From contig NC_092661.1 of the NCBI RefSeq assembly GCF_032118995.1, forward strand, positions 18,109,185 through 18,173,184: a stretch of DNA of 64,000 nt. The letters run 5' to 3'. This document shows, in pieces, positions 24,671 to 38,029 of this stretch. Origin of the DNA: Asterias amurensis. Lineage: Eukaryota. Numbering within the stretch: position 1 is the first letter of the stretch; every line of letters begins with the position of its first letter. Both the position numbers and the translations under genes were made by a program. The notes below the pieces were generated by a model, which was given only the letters and a program-made list of their open reading frames with translations, had not been told where the DNA came from and ran no database searches.

Positions 24671-25073
24671 GTAATTCCACCAATGAAGAAATCAAAAGAA
24701 ATCAAAGCACTTTCAAGGTCTTGACTTGAGTGTGCGCCATATTGTCCATAAGGTAGGCCTATGGTTTGTTTATTTTTGAATATCCAATGCCGTCTGTGAC
24801 TCTGTGACTGGAACTAGCTTCACACACTGTCTAGCTAGATGGCAACTAGTGTTTGAAGTATACAAATCTGTTCCATTGCTTGTTTTTGTTTTGAGTGTAT
24901 GGTTAAATGGTATCAACACATTGTACTTGTAACCTCTCCTCCCCCACCCCCACCCTCCCAAAAAAAACCACACACAAAAAAAAAAACCAAAACAAACAGA
25001 ATTTTATCGAATTTTATTGATATCATTACTGTGCTGGAAGTGCTAAGCTGCTCTATTTTGACTGTGTGTTTAG

Positions 25074-25204
25074 ATCCTTGAAGATGCATCTGTGATGTTG
25101 TGTAGGATGAAGCATAGAGGTGCGTGTAGTGGAGATAATGACACAGGGGATGGAGCAGGTGTTATGACATCGATTCCACATCAGTTATATGCGCGTGTTT
25201 TGAG
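25074..25204 (+). CDS. GOGAT exon 2: ILEDASVMLCRMKHRGACSGDNDTGDGAGVMTSIPHQLYARVL(R)
   Basis: 'tgtgtttag|ATCC' ... 'TTTTGAG|gtaaga'. It carries the conserved 'M.HRGA....DGAG'. Phase out is 2. Confidence 0.85.
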
Positions 25205-25589
25205 GTAAGATTTATATTTGAACATTGGAACCCGTTTCGCTACAGTGAACCATTATTCCATGCTATACCTTTTGCAAAAAATGTTGTTTTGGTCGATATC
25301 AGAGTCGAGGAGCGATTTCGTCCAGTAATTTATACTAATAATAGTAATAATAATTGTGGCTTTTTATATAGCGCACATGTTCGTCACCCAGTGACGCTCC
25401 TGGCGCTGTAACATACAGTATTTTCCTGCCAGATGGACTATGTTTGAATTATGAGACCTAATTCTGATAGCGCCATGTAATGCTTTACAAGGTGCCGTGG
25501 CGCAATTTGCTGCCGATCGGACCAGGAACACTGGGGCGAACCCCTTCTCTTTTCGACAAGTGCACTGGTTCTTTTACATGCGTAACTAA

Positions 25590-25955
25590 GCTTGGGCGAT
25601 ATCACGAAATTATCGAATATCGCGATATTAATTTGGACACGATTTCGATATCGGATGGATTTGGTTTTAATCAAAATATCGATATATTGCGATATATCGC
25701 GATAATCGCGATATATCGATATATCGATTAAATATCGCGGTGTATTTGCTAGCTGATACCCTATAGGTTTGGAGTAAAACCAGAAGAATAGGTCATTAGA
25801 ACACCTCTCTTATACTAGGACTGTCTCTTCTACAAATTTCACTTGGAGTTTTAAGACATGATGTCAAATTTCATTAATCGCGATTATATCGAATATCGCG
25901 ATATATTGTCGGCGATATATCGTGAATAAAATAAATCGATATCGCCCAAGCTTAT
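25590..25955. repeat. CGATAT-rich palindromic/foldback element with TIR 'aagcttgggcgatatc'
   Basis: 'aagcttgggcgatatcacgaaattatcgaatatcgcgatat...cgatatcgcccaagctt'. The interior is almost entirely (atcgcgatat)/(cgatat) motifs. It lies in GOGAT intron 2. Confidence 0.65.
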
Positions 25956-26405
25956 GCGTAACATAACATATGGGACCAACGGCTTAACGTCCCATCCAAA
26001 AGACGAAGCAATGGTTAAGTGTCATGCTTAAGGACACAAGTGTAAGATAACAAAATAATTTAATTTTTTTGGGTGCACACTGAATGCCAAATGTTGAGTA
26101 GCTAATGGCATTTTTTGACTGCTACATTTTGTGTTGCATTTTGCTCTGCTTTTACAAGGGAAATCGATAACTGATGAGTTAAATATTTGTTAATGATGGC
26201 CATTTGATGGTACTTAGTTTGAATATTGCAGCATTTATCCCAAACCATCGCTCGGGTTTGTTTGCGTTATTTTTTTAATGCATTCACTTCTACATGCTTC
26301 TACACACTAAAAAACCTCAATCTTAATTTTAGATTTGAGCCCAAAAGCCTGTTGGGAATAAGGTCAAGGCACTTGAAGGTTTCCATTTCTAATTTATTTC
26401 TGCAG

Positions 26406-26532
26406 AGATGAACTTGATATAAACCTGCCTGGACCATCCCATTATGCCACAGGGATGATCTTTTTGGACAGAGACACTGCACCACAATGCCAAAAGTTAT
26501 TCACAGACTTAGCCACACAGTGTAAACTGAAG
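26406..26532 (+). CDS. GOGAT exon 3: (R)DELDINLPGPSHYATGMIFLDRDTAPQCQKLFTDLATQCKLK
   Basis: 'tttctgcag|AGATG' ... 'ACTGAAG|gtaattta'. It matches ORF 26455. Phase out is 0. Confidence 0.85.
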
Positions 26533-27826
26533 GTAATTTATTCAACATTTAATATGTCATTTTTTGTTGCATATTATTCTAATTTGATAGCAAATTTTCT
26601 CATATATTTTCAGGAAATTTTGAATTTTTTAAGAGAATGATTTGAAAATGAAATTATTTATCGACCATTTAAATATATGTTTTAGTTATATGTTTACATT
26701 ATTGTTCAAAAAATTTATTTTAAAACTAAGAACATTATTGCATTGCCCCCTCTGTGTAGAGAAATTCTTAAGTATGGTCTGGGATGATTGTGTTTTTGTA
26801 TTTTAGAATCGACTCCGGACAGTCGGGGGAATTTAACTATAGCAGTGCCTTGTAATAAATTCCTGTTATGCGTTGCGTTTTGAGCTGTGAATTATTCCTT
26901 TTTCAGAAATTGAAAATAATTTGCTGGGAATCAGAACCGATTTCAGTCCAAGGAAACTCAAGTTCCAACTTTGTTGTGGTCACAGCTTGAATTTTGACAT
27001 AGAGGTAGTTTTATGGTCACATGGATGTGTTTACCAATACAAATGCATGATAATAGGACTTATTTAAATGGCCTTGGCATTTATCCGATTTAAAAGCAAA
27101 ATATTTGTTCTGTAACAGGTCTGGAATTATTTTTATCTTTTTAGAGGGCAAGGCCATTTTTATATCCCAAAGGCACTTCCATTGGAAAATGTTTAAAGTC
27201 TATAGGAATCTTTTGAAGTTGCTTTGGCCTCCCTAGCTTCTGTGAAATAGACCCCTTCATTGGCTGCCATTGATTGCTGAGGTCAGACAATTGAAAAATG
27301 TTTCATAAAGCCTGCAGTGTAAGCGCAAAAGTTTGCTAAGCACAGAATAGTATCGCTTAGCAGAAACAGGTTACCAGCCAAAATTACATTGAATTTGCAT
27401 TGTTGTGGCTGGTATCCCACTCAATTTTTGCTTACCTAAGAAATTTGTCAAGCAGTATTTTCACCCTAACATCTTTATGAAATTGGGCCCTGGCCACACC
27501 AACTCTCAGCCAATGATAGGTCTTCATAAATCTCAGTTAGGGTGCTGTTTGGGTCTTTCGTATATAGGCCTTCTGTTAGTGCTTTGTTATTTCTGATTGT
27601 CTGTCCAGATACCTGGGCCCAATTTCACATAGCTGCTCAAGCAGAAAATACTGACTTCAAAAATCCCTGCTAGGCAATAATGAGCAGGATACCAGTCACA
27701 AGTTTTACTTGGGCTTAATATTTTGGTTGGTAAGTTTATTCTGGTTAGCATAATATTTTTTTGGTTAGCTTGTTTATGTGCTTAACCCGTGCCCTGACTA
27801 TGTTCCCTTGTCCCTTTTATGTGTAG

Positions 27827-27952
27827 ATTCTGTGCTGGCGCACTGTACCCCATGATAGTACTGTCATTGGTGAGATTGCTAAGTCCAGGGAGCCTTTCAT
27901 TCAGCAGGTTTTCATCACTGGAGACTTTGAAGGAGACGAGCTGAAAAGACAG
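27827..27952 (+). CDS. GOGAT exon 4: ILCWRTVPHDSTVIGEIAKSREPFIQQVFITGDFEGDELKRQ
   Basis: 'tgtgtag|ATTCTG' ... 'AAGACAG|gtacgtgg'. It carries the conserved 'W R.VP.....G..A...EP.I.QVF'. Confidence 0.85.
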
Positions 27953-28437
27953 GTACGTGGTTAAGGCCATATCCGAGTTAGTGGCTATGAATGTGGCTAT
28001 TGCTACAACTATGGCGATCGTTGTAGCCGTTGCTGCCTAGTACATCAATGGGTGCGATAAATGAAAGAGACAGGTTGGGTTGTCACTGACTGAAAAAGTA
28101 GAGCTCTTCCTGATTCTGCAGAAAGTTTCCTGAATAACCCAAATCTTTTCATGTTCTGATGAACACATTTGAAAATCTCCCAAATTATGGAAACTGTTTC
28201 CCTATCATCTTGGAATGTAAATCTACATTCTTCCCTGAAATCTCCATGATTGCAAGATGTTAACTTTTGCAGCTCTAGAAAGTGAGAAAGTGGAAATACG
28301 TTAGATAATGCATGCTCAGCAGCTCAGCTGTAAATGACCTATTATAGGAAATTAATGTTTGTTGTTATTTACATGGTTTCCATATTGTTAAGTATGTCCC
28401 TGTCTGACCTTCATATTTTCATGAATTTTAAAAACAG

Positions 28438-28533
28438 GTGTTTTCTTTACGCAAGCAAGCAACTCACACAATTCCTAAGCATGGATACCGATTCTACATC
28501 TGCAATCTGTCTGTGGACACTGTCATTTACAAG
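28438..28533 (+). CDS. GOGAT exon 5: VFSLRKQATHTIPKHGYRFYICNLSVDTVIYK
   Basis: 'aaaacag|GTGTTT' ... 'TTACAAG|gtaaga'. It carries the conserved 'FY.CSLS..T.VYKG'. Confidence 0.85.
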
Positions 28534-29036
28534 GTAAGAATTATCCTTGAATTTTTTCTAAAAGAACATTCATCATATCGGTTTAAATGCCGTTACAGAA
28601 TTGGTTAGAAAAAAATGTGTCTAAGATCACAGATTTACATGAAACTTAACACAGTCTAATGATGATAGTAGAAAACATCTCTTGAAATATTTCTGTCTGA
28701 ATGTCATATTTGAGGAAAAATGAAAGCACATACAAATCCTCTTGGATAAACCTTTGCTCCATCATGTTTATTTCATCCTTATACAAGTCCCTAGTTAATC
28801 ATTATAATTACGCCATGCCTGAGCCATTGACTACGTCAATTCTTCATCTAATATAATTACTTCGCTCCATGGGAATGCAGTACAAAAACATGGCCTCGTT
28901 ATGTAAACATTATCTTATACTATTTCACTCCGCAGTTATTCATTTGTACTTATATGATATGCACCACCTTGCCTTTAATTTGGTTAAGTAAGAAAATTTA
29001 TTTATTAACCTAACACAATGTTGATAAAATGGTCTT

Positions 29037-29424
29037 AAAGGCGATGGACACTATTGGTAATTGTCAAAGACTAGCCCTCACAGTTGGTGTATCTTAACAT
29101 ATGCATAAAATAACAAACCTGTGAAAATTTGAGCTCAATCGGTCATCGAACTTGTGAGATAATAATGAAAGAACAAGCACCCTATAGTCACACGAAGTTG
29201 TGTGCGTGTAGATGGTTGATTTCAAGACATCAAGTTCTAAATCTGAGGTCTCGAAATCAAATTCGTGGAAAATTACTTCTTTCTCGAAAACTATGGCACT
29301 TCAGAGGGAGTCGTTTCTCACAATGTTTTATTACCATCAACCTCTCCCCATTACTCGTCACCAAGAAAGGTTTTATGCTAATAATTATTTTGAGTAATTA
29401 CCAATAGTGTCCACTGCCTTTAAT
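29037..29424. mobile_element. MITE family A copy (GOGAT intron 5)
   Basis: 'aaaggcgatggacactattggtaattgtcaaagact...attaccaatagtgtccactgcctttaat'. It carries the spurious ORFs 29129..29407 and 29212..29397. Confidence 0.75.
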
Positions 29425-32400
29425 TCCTCAGTTGTGTGGTTTGTCACATGAAGAATTATTTATATGTAGAAGCATACTAAAAGATTGAAAAAAAGGTGGA
29501 GCTGAAAAAACACTGTGTGTCATGAATGTCTTATTGATTGTAGAATTAAATATTTTGTAGAATACAGTGAGGTATGCAAAAGGGGGGGTGGGGCTTGGGG
29601 CAGATTGTCTTGGAACATATCAAAGTACTTATTCCAGAGGTATTAAAATTGGTATTGAAAAGTAACACCCATTAATTAATTGTGGAAGATAATGGAATTA
29701 CAATAATGGGTTTAAATTTTATTTCAAGGTAATTGCTGTATTTTTTTCACGAAAATGTGGGTTTTGTTGGGTAGGATATAATATGAAATGTCATTCCTAA
29801 GTCCTGGTTACATTTTCTGCAAATGGTGACAATCTAAAACTGTTGGACAGATCTTGATGTATCAAAACACACACGTTCAAATGATGATCAGTCAGCCATT
29901 GTCTTAAAATTATACAGCATTGCATTCGGCTTTAAAATGAATCAACATTTGGCAAAACAATTTCAATGGATACTTGGCAAAAATATTTGTACTCTTAGTC
30001 AAGTATGTTAGTTTGTAGTACTTTGGGAACACAATTGATTTTTTACTGCAAATGGTGATACAAGAAAACTTTCTTGCTCAATCAAGCAATGTTATAAAAT
30101 ATAATTTAGTTGAGTTTCAACTTTCTGGCATTCAAATAACTCATTTTATGTTTCTGAGTTTAGCCATTCTCAAAATGGTGTACGTGACTAGTTAATAGTG
30201 TAAATAAGCGTTATATTTGATTGACTTTACTGACACCCTAAGTTGTATGAAAGGATGGAATTTGTTCTGTTTGATTTGGTTTTGTGTGAATGTTTTCGTA
30301 CGGTGATAAAGATCCCTTTGATGGCTTTGTGGAGGTTAGGTAGAGAGATGTTTTTAATGATAAACAAGAAGCCATTAAACCTTCAGTTTGTTGGGGTTTT
30401 AAGGCTAGTCTTTACGCGGTTTTTAGTGCAAACTAAACCTACATAATATGTTATGGTAATCCCCTTAACAAATTTCCACTCATTTCTGAGCTACTGCAAC
30501 AGTCGATTGTTTCGATTGAGAAATTTGCATAATCATTGCGTTTAAAATCAACAGAATTAGTTTTCCCTGGTGAGAGCGTGGGAACTTAAACAATTTTGTT
30601 TTTGATTTTTTAATCCAGAAATACCCTTTACAAAAGATTTATTTTTGGCTGGTGACTTCATAATAAGACTTGGCCTAAGAGTTCACTCCTTTTGCAAGTT
30701 TCCTTTCTCCATACTGTACCTTTTAGTATACTAGTTCAAACTCTCCTTAATGTACTATTTTTTGTTTAGGTACATGTTGTATATCAATCACTTCGCCCTC
30801 TTTCTTGTATCGGTTTATCTCTAACTACAGAGCAACCACTATCTCTTCTATTGATCTGATTACATTATAAGCCAGTGATAGACCTTTAATCGGCATCTTT
30901 TCCCCTCCCAGCTACATTTTCTCCTGTCTTAAATAATGGTGATGTCAATCTGTGCATTGATCTGTGTAAATAAAGCAGACCTCATTTCCTTTATTATAAG
31001 CATTAAGCAAATCTCCTTGCTGCGTTTCTGACGTCATATCATCGCCCACTCTCTTCTAGGTATCATGTTTTGATGGATGCTCCTTTTGCTGTGGGCATTG
31101 ATCCCTACCCTAGACACTGAAGTAACACTTTGGTAGATTTCCCCAGAGGAGTCTTTGTGAAAGTAGAATTCCTTCTCCATTAGAATGTAAAAATATTATT
31201 ATAATGCATAGTACAATACAGGTGAAAATGCGATTGCCTCCATGCCCCCAAGTCATTGCATTGGTGCCCTTAAAATGATCCAGTTGAAATTTAAATTTCC
31301 TCATAGAGTGCCCTTTACCATAGAGAAAATGCATTGGTGCCCTTGCCATTTCAAAAAACGAAGCATACAGGCCTGCAGTATGATTATAATGCACCTATAT
31401 GCTGAGTACATTATTTAAGGAGACCCTAATCCATGGTTTGTAGGCACTCTTCTGGCGCTACAGTAGATAAATCTATTGCTGAACCCTTGAACTTGAAGGG
31501 TTCTTGATAGATGAGAAAACAAATAGACATTCAATCATTTGGAATAATCCTGGCAGGTTTGGTTTGTGGCTTTTTCTTAAATTTCATATCAGGCATGTCT
31601 GGATTTCAAAGGATTTTTTTTCTTCTGAAAACCTCCTCGAGCCTTTAAGTTTTCTTGAATTAAAGTAGAACAACCCCAAAAGGGAGAAATGAATAGCCAA
31701 CAACATTGTGTTCAAATATATTTCTGGCGATGCACAGAGTCTGTAAACTTCCCTGAATTATAAACATCTTAGAGATGCCGATTTTGGTTACTACATGTAT
31801 GAATACAGGGGGACTCGGACCATTTTCCAGGAATTTTCACATCTGTCCAATCTCATCCCAGTCTTACATGTATGTGATGCTTCAAAATAAACATCCAAAT
31901 AGCAAAAAACTTTATAACATTTCAGTCCTTTTAGTTTTATACATGATATTGTAGATCTGTCTACTGAATTGCTTTCCTGTTTCACATCATCACTCATCTA
32001 ATGCCTACACAAACAGCCCATGGGAACCTCTTGTAAATATCCTGTGTGACGTCAAGATTTAAGACATGACGTCTTGACAGCTGAAGCTATACGGGGGTTA
32101 TGAGGGTAATTAACCAAAGTGCTATGAATGAATTATAAGACACTATCGAGCTTAAAACGGAAGTCCATTACCCTGATGATCAATTCCATCACATGCTTTA
32201 ATTTGATTGTAAAATACTTTCACTGTACGCTGTTAAGTGTTGTCGGGGTAGGGCAGACGACTTGAGAATGTATGCTTGTAATAATTTATTGCGTTTTTGA
32301 CGCAGAAATCGGTTGAGTGGGTTTTCAAAATAGATTAGGTGTGCGTGGGCGAGGAATGTGATAAACAACACTTTTAAAAACACTTACAGATTGTCTGATT

Positions 32401-33114
32401 TGATTTAGTATGAAATTGAGTTACTTGTACCGTGCTTTGTATGTATTGAAGCTGGTCAGGGAATCTTTCAAGGGTATGGTTGAAAAAGTTGTTCATGAAG
32501 GATGGATAGTTTACAATTTGCAAGACATAATATTCATAATATAAAGCTCCATCTATTAAATTTCCATTTATGAGTTCCTTATTATTTTATTTAACTTAAT
32601 AATTTCCATTTATGAGTTAAATTATTGATAAAGAATCTGGTTGAGATGGTTGAGAATGATTTTATGAGATAAAGCAACCATAATACAAGACTTTGAAATT
32701 GATACAAGGTGGGGTGGCACTTTTTTGCTGCCTGAACCTGCCAGAAACACCATTGCAAACCCCTTTTTTATGCTAAATGCACTTGGTTCTTGCACTGGTT
32801 TTTGTTGTCACAACACATGACCTATGGCTCTACGTCCTATTTGAAGTATGAAGCAATGTGTCTTGCTTAAGAACTCAAGTATCAAGACCGGGACTCAAAG
32901 CCCCACTCTGCTGTTTAGAAACACCAGAGGCTGGTGTGCTTGACTGCTCAGCCACAAGACACCACTATATCATGGACGCCTTGGTGCCCTTTTGAATGTT
33001 CTTATCAGAAAATTTAAATTGTTTTGGTGGCCTTTGTACAGGAAAAATATGAAGCATCGCGCCTAAACATAACATCTATATTTTCTCTCCCTGTTTCTAT
33101 CTTTGTAACACTAG

Positions 33115-33251
33115 GGGATGTTAACTCCAAGTCAGCTGTTTGAGTATTTCACTGATTTTAAGGAGCCTGACTATGAAACACACTTTGCCCATGTTCACAG
33201 TCGATTCTCTACAAATACATTCCCTAGTTGGGAAAGAGCACATCCAATGCG
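33115..33251 (+). CDS. GOGAT exon 6: [45 protein letters not shown](R)
   Basis: 'taacactag|GGGATG' ... 'CAATGCG|gtaggt'. It carries the hallmark '[15 protein letters not shown]'. Phase out is 2. Confidence 0.9.
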
Positions 33252-33850
33252 GTAGGTTTACTTTTTGATTTCTCTATTTACTTGTGTTTCTTGGTGAGTG
33301 ATGATTCCATTGCCTGGAATTTCATCTTAAAGGGGGAAAGGCCATTTTTATTTTAGAAAAGAGCGCTTTCCACAGCAAAAACTTAAATTATATGTGAAAC
33401 TTTTGAAGGGTCCCTTCTGAAATTAGGTTCTATTGCTTACTCGGTTTCTCTCATTAATAAATATACTTTGGATCAAAGAAATTGTAAAAATGTTCTGAAT
33501 ATGTTACTTTTCTTTGGATGATTGTTTTGGACCCTCTTTTCAGGTTTAAGGGCCATATCTGTTCAGTTATTTAGTGCACTGCCTAATCTCTTAAATACAA
33601 ATGTGCATGTCCTTAGTAACTGTGCGCCATAAATATTAACAATCCCATAGAAAAATACTTTTGTTGGTGCTCAGTTTTATTCTTCCTACTAATACTTAAG
33701 TCTGATTTCCTCAAAAGTATATTAGAGCATACACCATTCATACATATTGATCAGCCCTTGCACTCCATCAAGTTTTCCTTCTGTTTTTCCAAGAGCCAAA
33801 TATCTTGCCTGTTTTTTTACTTCACACTTTTGCCTGTTTTAAACACTCAG

Positions 33851-34055
33851 ATACATATCCCACAATGGGGAAATTAACTCCCTACGTGGGAACAGTAACC
33901 TGATGCATGCTCGTGAGGGTGTTATGAATAGTACAGTGTATGGAGACAAGCTGAAACGTCTCTACCCTGTGGTTGAAGAGAAGATGTCAGACTCTGGGCA
34001 GTTTGATAATGTCCTGGAGTTCTTGATCATGGCAGGTGGAAGAACACTTCCAGAG
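33851..34055 (+). CDS. GOGAT exon 7: (R)YISHNGEINSLRGNSNLMHAREGVMNSTVYGDKLKRLYPVVEEKMSDSGQFDNVLEFLIMAGGRTLPE
   Basis: 'aaacactcag|ATACAT' ... 'TTCCAGAG|gtacag'. It carries 'HNGEINT.RGN.NWM.ARE'. Confidence 0.9.
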
Positions 34056-34526
34056 GTACAGTTTCAATTAACTTACAGGCAGGCAACTTTTCAGCTGATC
34101 AGCTGATTACCTCTTTTTCTTTTCAAAACAGTGCCAAAGAAAACTGAAAAAACACTCCACAAAAGTTAAGTGTGATCAGCCATATCCTCTTTTTTTGCAA
34201 TTAGAAAGTTGCATGTCTGAAATTATTTGTATCACAATTTACAACTAATGGTAGAATTATTGTGTTTATTCACAAAGTTTTGAAATTGCTCAGAAACAAA
34301 GTTTGTGTGCACAGTATCAACAGGGCATGAAATTTACACTTGACTGCAGGCCTGAGGTCAGTGATTTTTAGCATCAGGCCAGTAAAATCAAGACTGGACA
34401 AGTCCATCTTGTGATTTTGAGTTGATTGGTAATACCTTACTGTGTTTGTCTGTAATTTAACCAAAACTGATGTTCAAATGTTGGCTTTGAGTCGGATAAA
34501 ATAATCATTGAATTTGGTTAAGTACT

Positions 34527-34912
34527 TAAAGGAACGTTACAGAATTGGTAGAAACAAAAAATGTGAAGATCACAGATTTACATAAAACTTAAAACGGTCT
34601 AATGATGATGATAGTTGAAAACATCCCTTGAAATATTTCTGTATGCATATCATAATTTGATGAGAAATAAGTAATCTAACTTTGCGTTTGGAGTTTATCG
34701 CTCACTGAGCGTTTTATTCATTTTTGCTTTGACATCGATGCAATGCAAAATTTGTAATCGCTTTTTCACTATTTTCTCGTGACCCAGATGGCCGATCGAT
34801 CTCAAACTTCTACAGGTTTGTCTGTTTATGTATATATGGTGGATTACATAAAGTACTTACACTGCCAACAACTGTTTTGTTAGCAAAAACCAATTCTGTA
34901 ATGTTCCTTTAA
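34527..34912. mobile_element. MITE family D (TIR 'AAAGGAACGTTACAGAATTGGT')
   Basis: 'aaaggaacgttacagaattggtagaaacaaaaaatgtgaagatcacagatttacat...ccaattctgtaatgttccttt'. A fragment lies at 28588..28720. Confidence 0.65.
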
Positions 34913-35154
34913 GTATATTTACCCAAAGAAAAATAATTTTAAAAAAGTTCTCTGAGTGCTTGTTTTCAAAAAATTGAGTAGTTTATATGGGAACCGTCTA
35001 GGAAGTTACGGTCTCATTTTCATTCTGGTCTTGTGCCAAAAACTCCTGCCCAGTAAAATATTGAGCTACGAGTTCCTCCGATCATAACAGGAAACTCATC
35101 TTGAGAAGGCAAGGCCATTTTCATTTTGCAAAGGGCACATTTTACTTGAAGACC

Positions 35155-35430
35155 AGGGCCCAATTTCATAGAGCTGTTAAGCAAAAAAATTTGCTAAGCA
35201 TGAAATTTCTTCTCAGATAAAATTTGCTAAGCATGAAATTTCTTCTCAGATAAAAACAGGATTACCAGCCAAATTTCCATTTTTTGCATAGTGCTTGTTA
35301 CTGGTATTCAGCTTTTGTTTGCTTATCATGAAAATCACATGGAAATTTGGTTGATAAACCTGTTTTTATCAAGGAAGAAATTTCATGCTAAGCACTTTTT
35401 GTGCTTAGCAGCTCTATGAAATTGGGCCCT
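35155..35430. mobile_element. MITE family B copy with internal 34-bp duplication
   Basis: 'ccagggcccaatttcatagagctgttaagc...gcagctctatgaaattgggccc'. It contains 'aaatttgctaagcatgaaatttcttctcagataa' x2. Confidence 0.7.
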
Positions 35431-35800
35431 TATAGTTTATCACCCTTTTCGTTTAAGGATCAGTAAGTTAGTTTAGAAACATTCTCTTTCAGTACAGGAC
35501 TTGAAACAGGCGGACCGAGCCTCAGCCATGGCTTAAGCCCAAGCCATACTTTCACAAAGGGCAGATGAGAAACTTTTGAAGGGGCACCAAAGCCAAGACC
35601 ATGGCAACAGACCTCCATAAAGTTTGAGGCCTGCTGTACAATTTACCAGTTTACTTAGTTTAGAAGATGTTCCATTTACCGCCTACCCAGTTGTCTTCAG
35701 ACATAATGTACATGTAGGAGTCATATATACATTTAATATCTTAATATGGATCGTGCAAGCCTCTTAATAATAACAACCCACATTTATGGTTTGATTTTAG

Positions 35801-35912
35801 GCCATAATGACTATGGTTCCTGAGGCATGGCAGAATGATCATCTCATGAATCAAGACAAGAGAGATTTCTATCAGTGGGCTGCGTTTGCCATGGAGCCGT
35901 GGGATGGACCTG
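35801..35912 (+). CDS. GOGAT exon 8: AIMTMVPEAWQNDHLMNQDKRDFYQWAAFAMEPWDGP
   Basis: 'ttgattttag|GCCATA' ... 'GGACCTG|gtatgtta'. Phase out is 1. Confidence 0.9.
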
Positions 35913-36224
35913 GTATGTTAATACTACCAGGGGAAAGGATTCCAATGAAAACATGTGTATATTTCCTTCTGACCCAACTCACCTGTCTATCATCATAATC
36001 TGGGTTGCACCATTTTGGGAGACATGTCCCTTAGTTTTATACATTGTAGTGTGCATTTTAGGCGATACAGAATTTACTTGCAAGTGAAAAAAGGTTGGGT
36101 GTGTGGCAGATAGTAGCCAGGTGAGATGTTTGTGCAAGGGGTCAATTTGAGAAAATTTGAAGAAGCTTAGAATATTCAGAAACACAAATTTATTGTTGTT
36201 GCTGTTTTTCCTCTCTAATTGTAG

Positions 36225-36379
36225 CTCTCTTCACATTCTCTGATGGTCGTTACATCGGTGCTATTCTGGACAGGAATGGTCTACGTCCATCTCGTTACTG
36301 TATTACTAAGTCTGGCTTCATGATCATGGCCAGTGAGGTCGGTGTAGTGGATATCCCACACACTGATGTAGCGCAGAAG
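36225..36379 (+). CDS. GOGAT exon 9: (A)[51 protein letters not shown]
   Basis: 'ctctaattgtag|CTCTC' ... 'GCAGAAG|gtaagatgg'. It carries 'DRNGLRP.RY'. Confidence 0.9.
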
Positions 36380-36819
36380 GTAAGATGGATCAGTAGCTAC
36401 CAGATTCGCTCGGTACTATGTGAAATGACATGACACAATGATTGAAAACTGTATCGAACAATGCCATATTAAAGTGGCTATAGCCGATAATAGCTGCTTA
36501 AATTTTATAACGTTTGGAGTTGAGCACCATTTTTTTTACTTTACAGAAATGAGAAACTGAATACATCAAAAGCAAAACAACATTATCTGGATTTGTGGCG
36601 GATGTCGGATCAACCAAGTTTGGTTTGGTCTCATACACATAAACTTTACCCTAGTACATGTAGTACCCTAAGTTACCAGTTTCTTAGGAATGGTCTAAAG
36701 GTTGAAGTAAATCTTGTTGAAGATGGAATTTCTTATTACTGTGAATCCAGTGTGACTATTATGTCAATTCATACATAATTGTTCTAGAATTATACAAGGG
36801 TTGTTGTCTATCCAACCAG

Positions 36820-37097
36820 GGTCGGTTGAAGCCTGGTCGTATGCTGTTAGTGGACACTGTCATTGGTGAGGTCACCAAAGATGAGGAGTTAAAAAGAGGA
36901 ATTGCTCAGCAGCGCCCAGTGAGCAAATGGTTACGAGAGCAGGTCATCACACTGCCAGACCTCTACAATGTACACAAGCAAGAGGTCATGAGTAATGGGG
37001 AAGATAGCTTGTCTGTGCAGACGGACCATCGCCTGCCCATGTTTGGCTACAGTGTGGAACACCTTAATATGCTTATCGTTCCTATCATCAAAAATAA
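36820..37097 (+). CDS. GOGAT exon 10: GRLKPGRMLLVDTVIGEVTKDEELKRGIAQQRPVSKWLREQVITLPDLYNVHKQ…VEHLNMLIVPIIKN(K)
   Basis: 'atccaaccag|GGTCGG'. The donor 'AAAAATAA|gtaagag' is placed before the in-frame TAA, which would otherwise terminate ORF 36826..37101. Phase out is 2. Confidence 0.8.
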
Positions 37098-37189
37098 GTA
37101 AGAGTTGCTTTTTAGAAGTGTTTTTTTTTTATGGTAGCTTTGCCTCCAACTTGTTGAAATCTTGTTGGAGATCATTTACAGTAGGATGA

Positions 37190-37780
37190 TGACATCCTAA
37201 ACGTTAGATAATGACATCCTGATGGAGGGGCTTATCTCAGGATGACGACAGCTTGAAAGTAGAATGTTGTCTTCCTAATTATCTTGGGTTCTTGACATTT
37301 CCAGGATTATCATCCCATGATAATGGATGTCATCATAATGTCTTCATCCTGAGATATCTTGGGTTCTTAAAGGCCAAGTCACGCTGCAGCGATAACGAAA
37401 ACGATAACGATCACAACGCAAAGAGAACGCATTCTATTGGTTAAATTGCTCCACGCAGAATTTGCACACGCGCAATAGAATGCGTTTTCTTTGCGTCATC
37501 ATAATTTTCATTATCCCTGCAATGTGACTCGGCCTGAACACTTCCAGGGTTATCATCACATGATGAATTATCTTGGCAAGTCAACGTCTTATGTTTCAGG
37601 ATTTCCTCATCCTGAGATATTTCATATCGGATGTCAACATCTTACTTTCAAGATGGCAACATCCTAAGATGAAATATATCAGGAAGATGACATCTTACTT
37701 CAGGATGTTGTCATCCCAAGATATATATCATCTTGGGATGTTGACATCTTACATCCATTATGTGGTCATGATGCAGTAAA
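37190..37780. repeat. Degenerate ~24-bp minisatellite ('gatgacatcctaa…', 'aagatg(g/t)caacatcctaagatg…') in GOGAT intron 10
   Basis: It contains many direct and inverted recurrences of 'gatg(a/t)catc(c/a)t(a/g)a…atcttgggttcttaa'. It also embeds the hairpin MITE at 37370..37530. Confidence 0.55.
37370..37530. mobile_element. Hairpin MITE family F
   Basis: 'aaggccaagtcacgctgcagcgataacgaaaacgataacga…ttctattggttaaattgctccacgcagaatt…gcaatagaatgcgttttctttgcgtcatcat…ctgcaatgtgactcggcct' is a perfect long-stem palindrome. The second copy is at 63043..63215. Confidence 0.65.
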
Positions 37781-38029
37781 TTCTTGCAGTACATGTATCT
37801 AAATATGTTGAAAGTATGACACCTCCAGAGCTCAGTAGTTTTCCCTCTGTTCAATGACGCATTGGAGTGTAAAAATGGTGATTATGAACATTTAATTGTA
37901 TTTGGCATCATAAGGCAATATCAAAAATGATTATCATGGTAGGAAAGAGTCACATTTGAATCTTACAACATCACTATAGTTTTTTGTCAGAGACTCTCAA
38001 TGTTAACGCTTGATTTTTTGTTACTTCAG

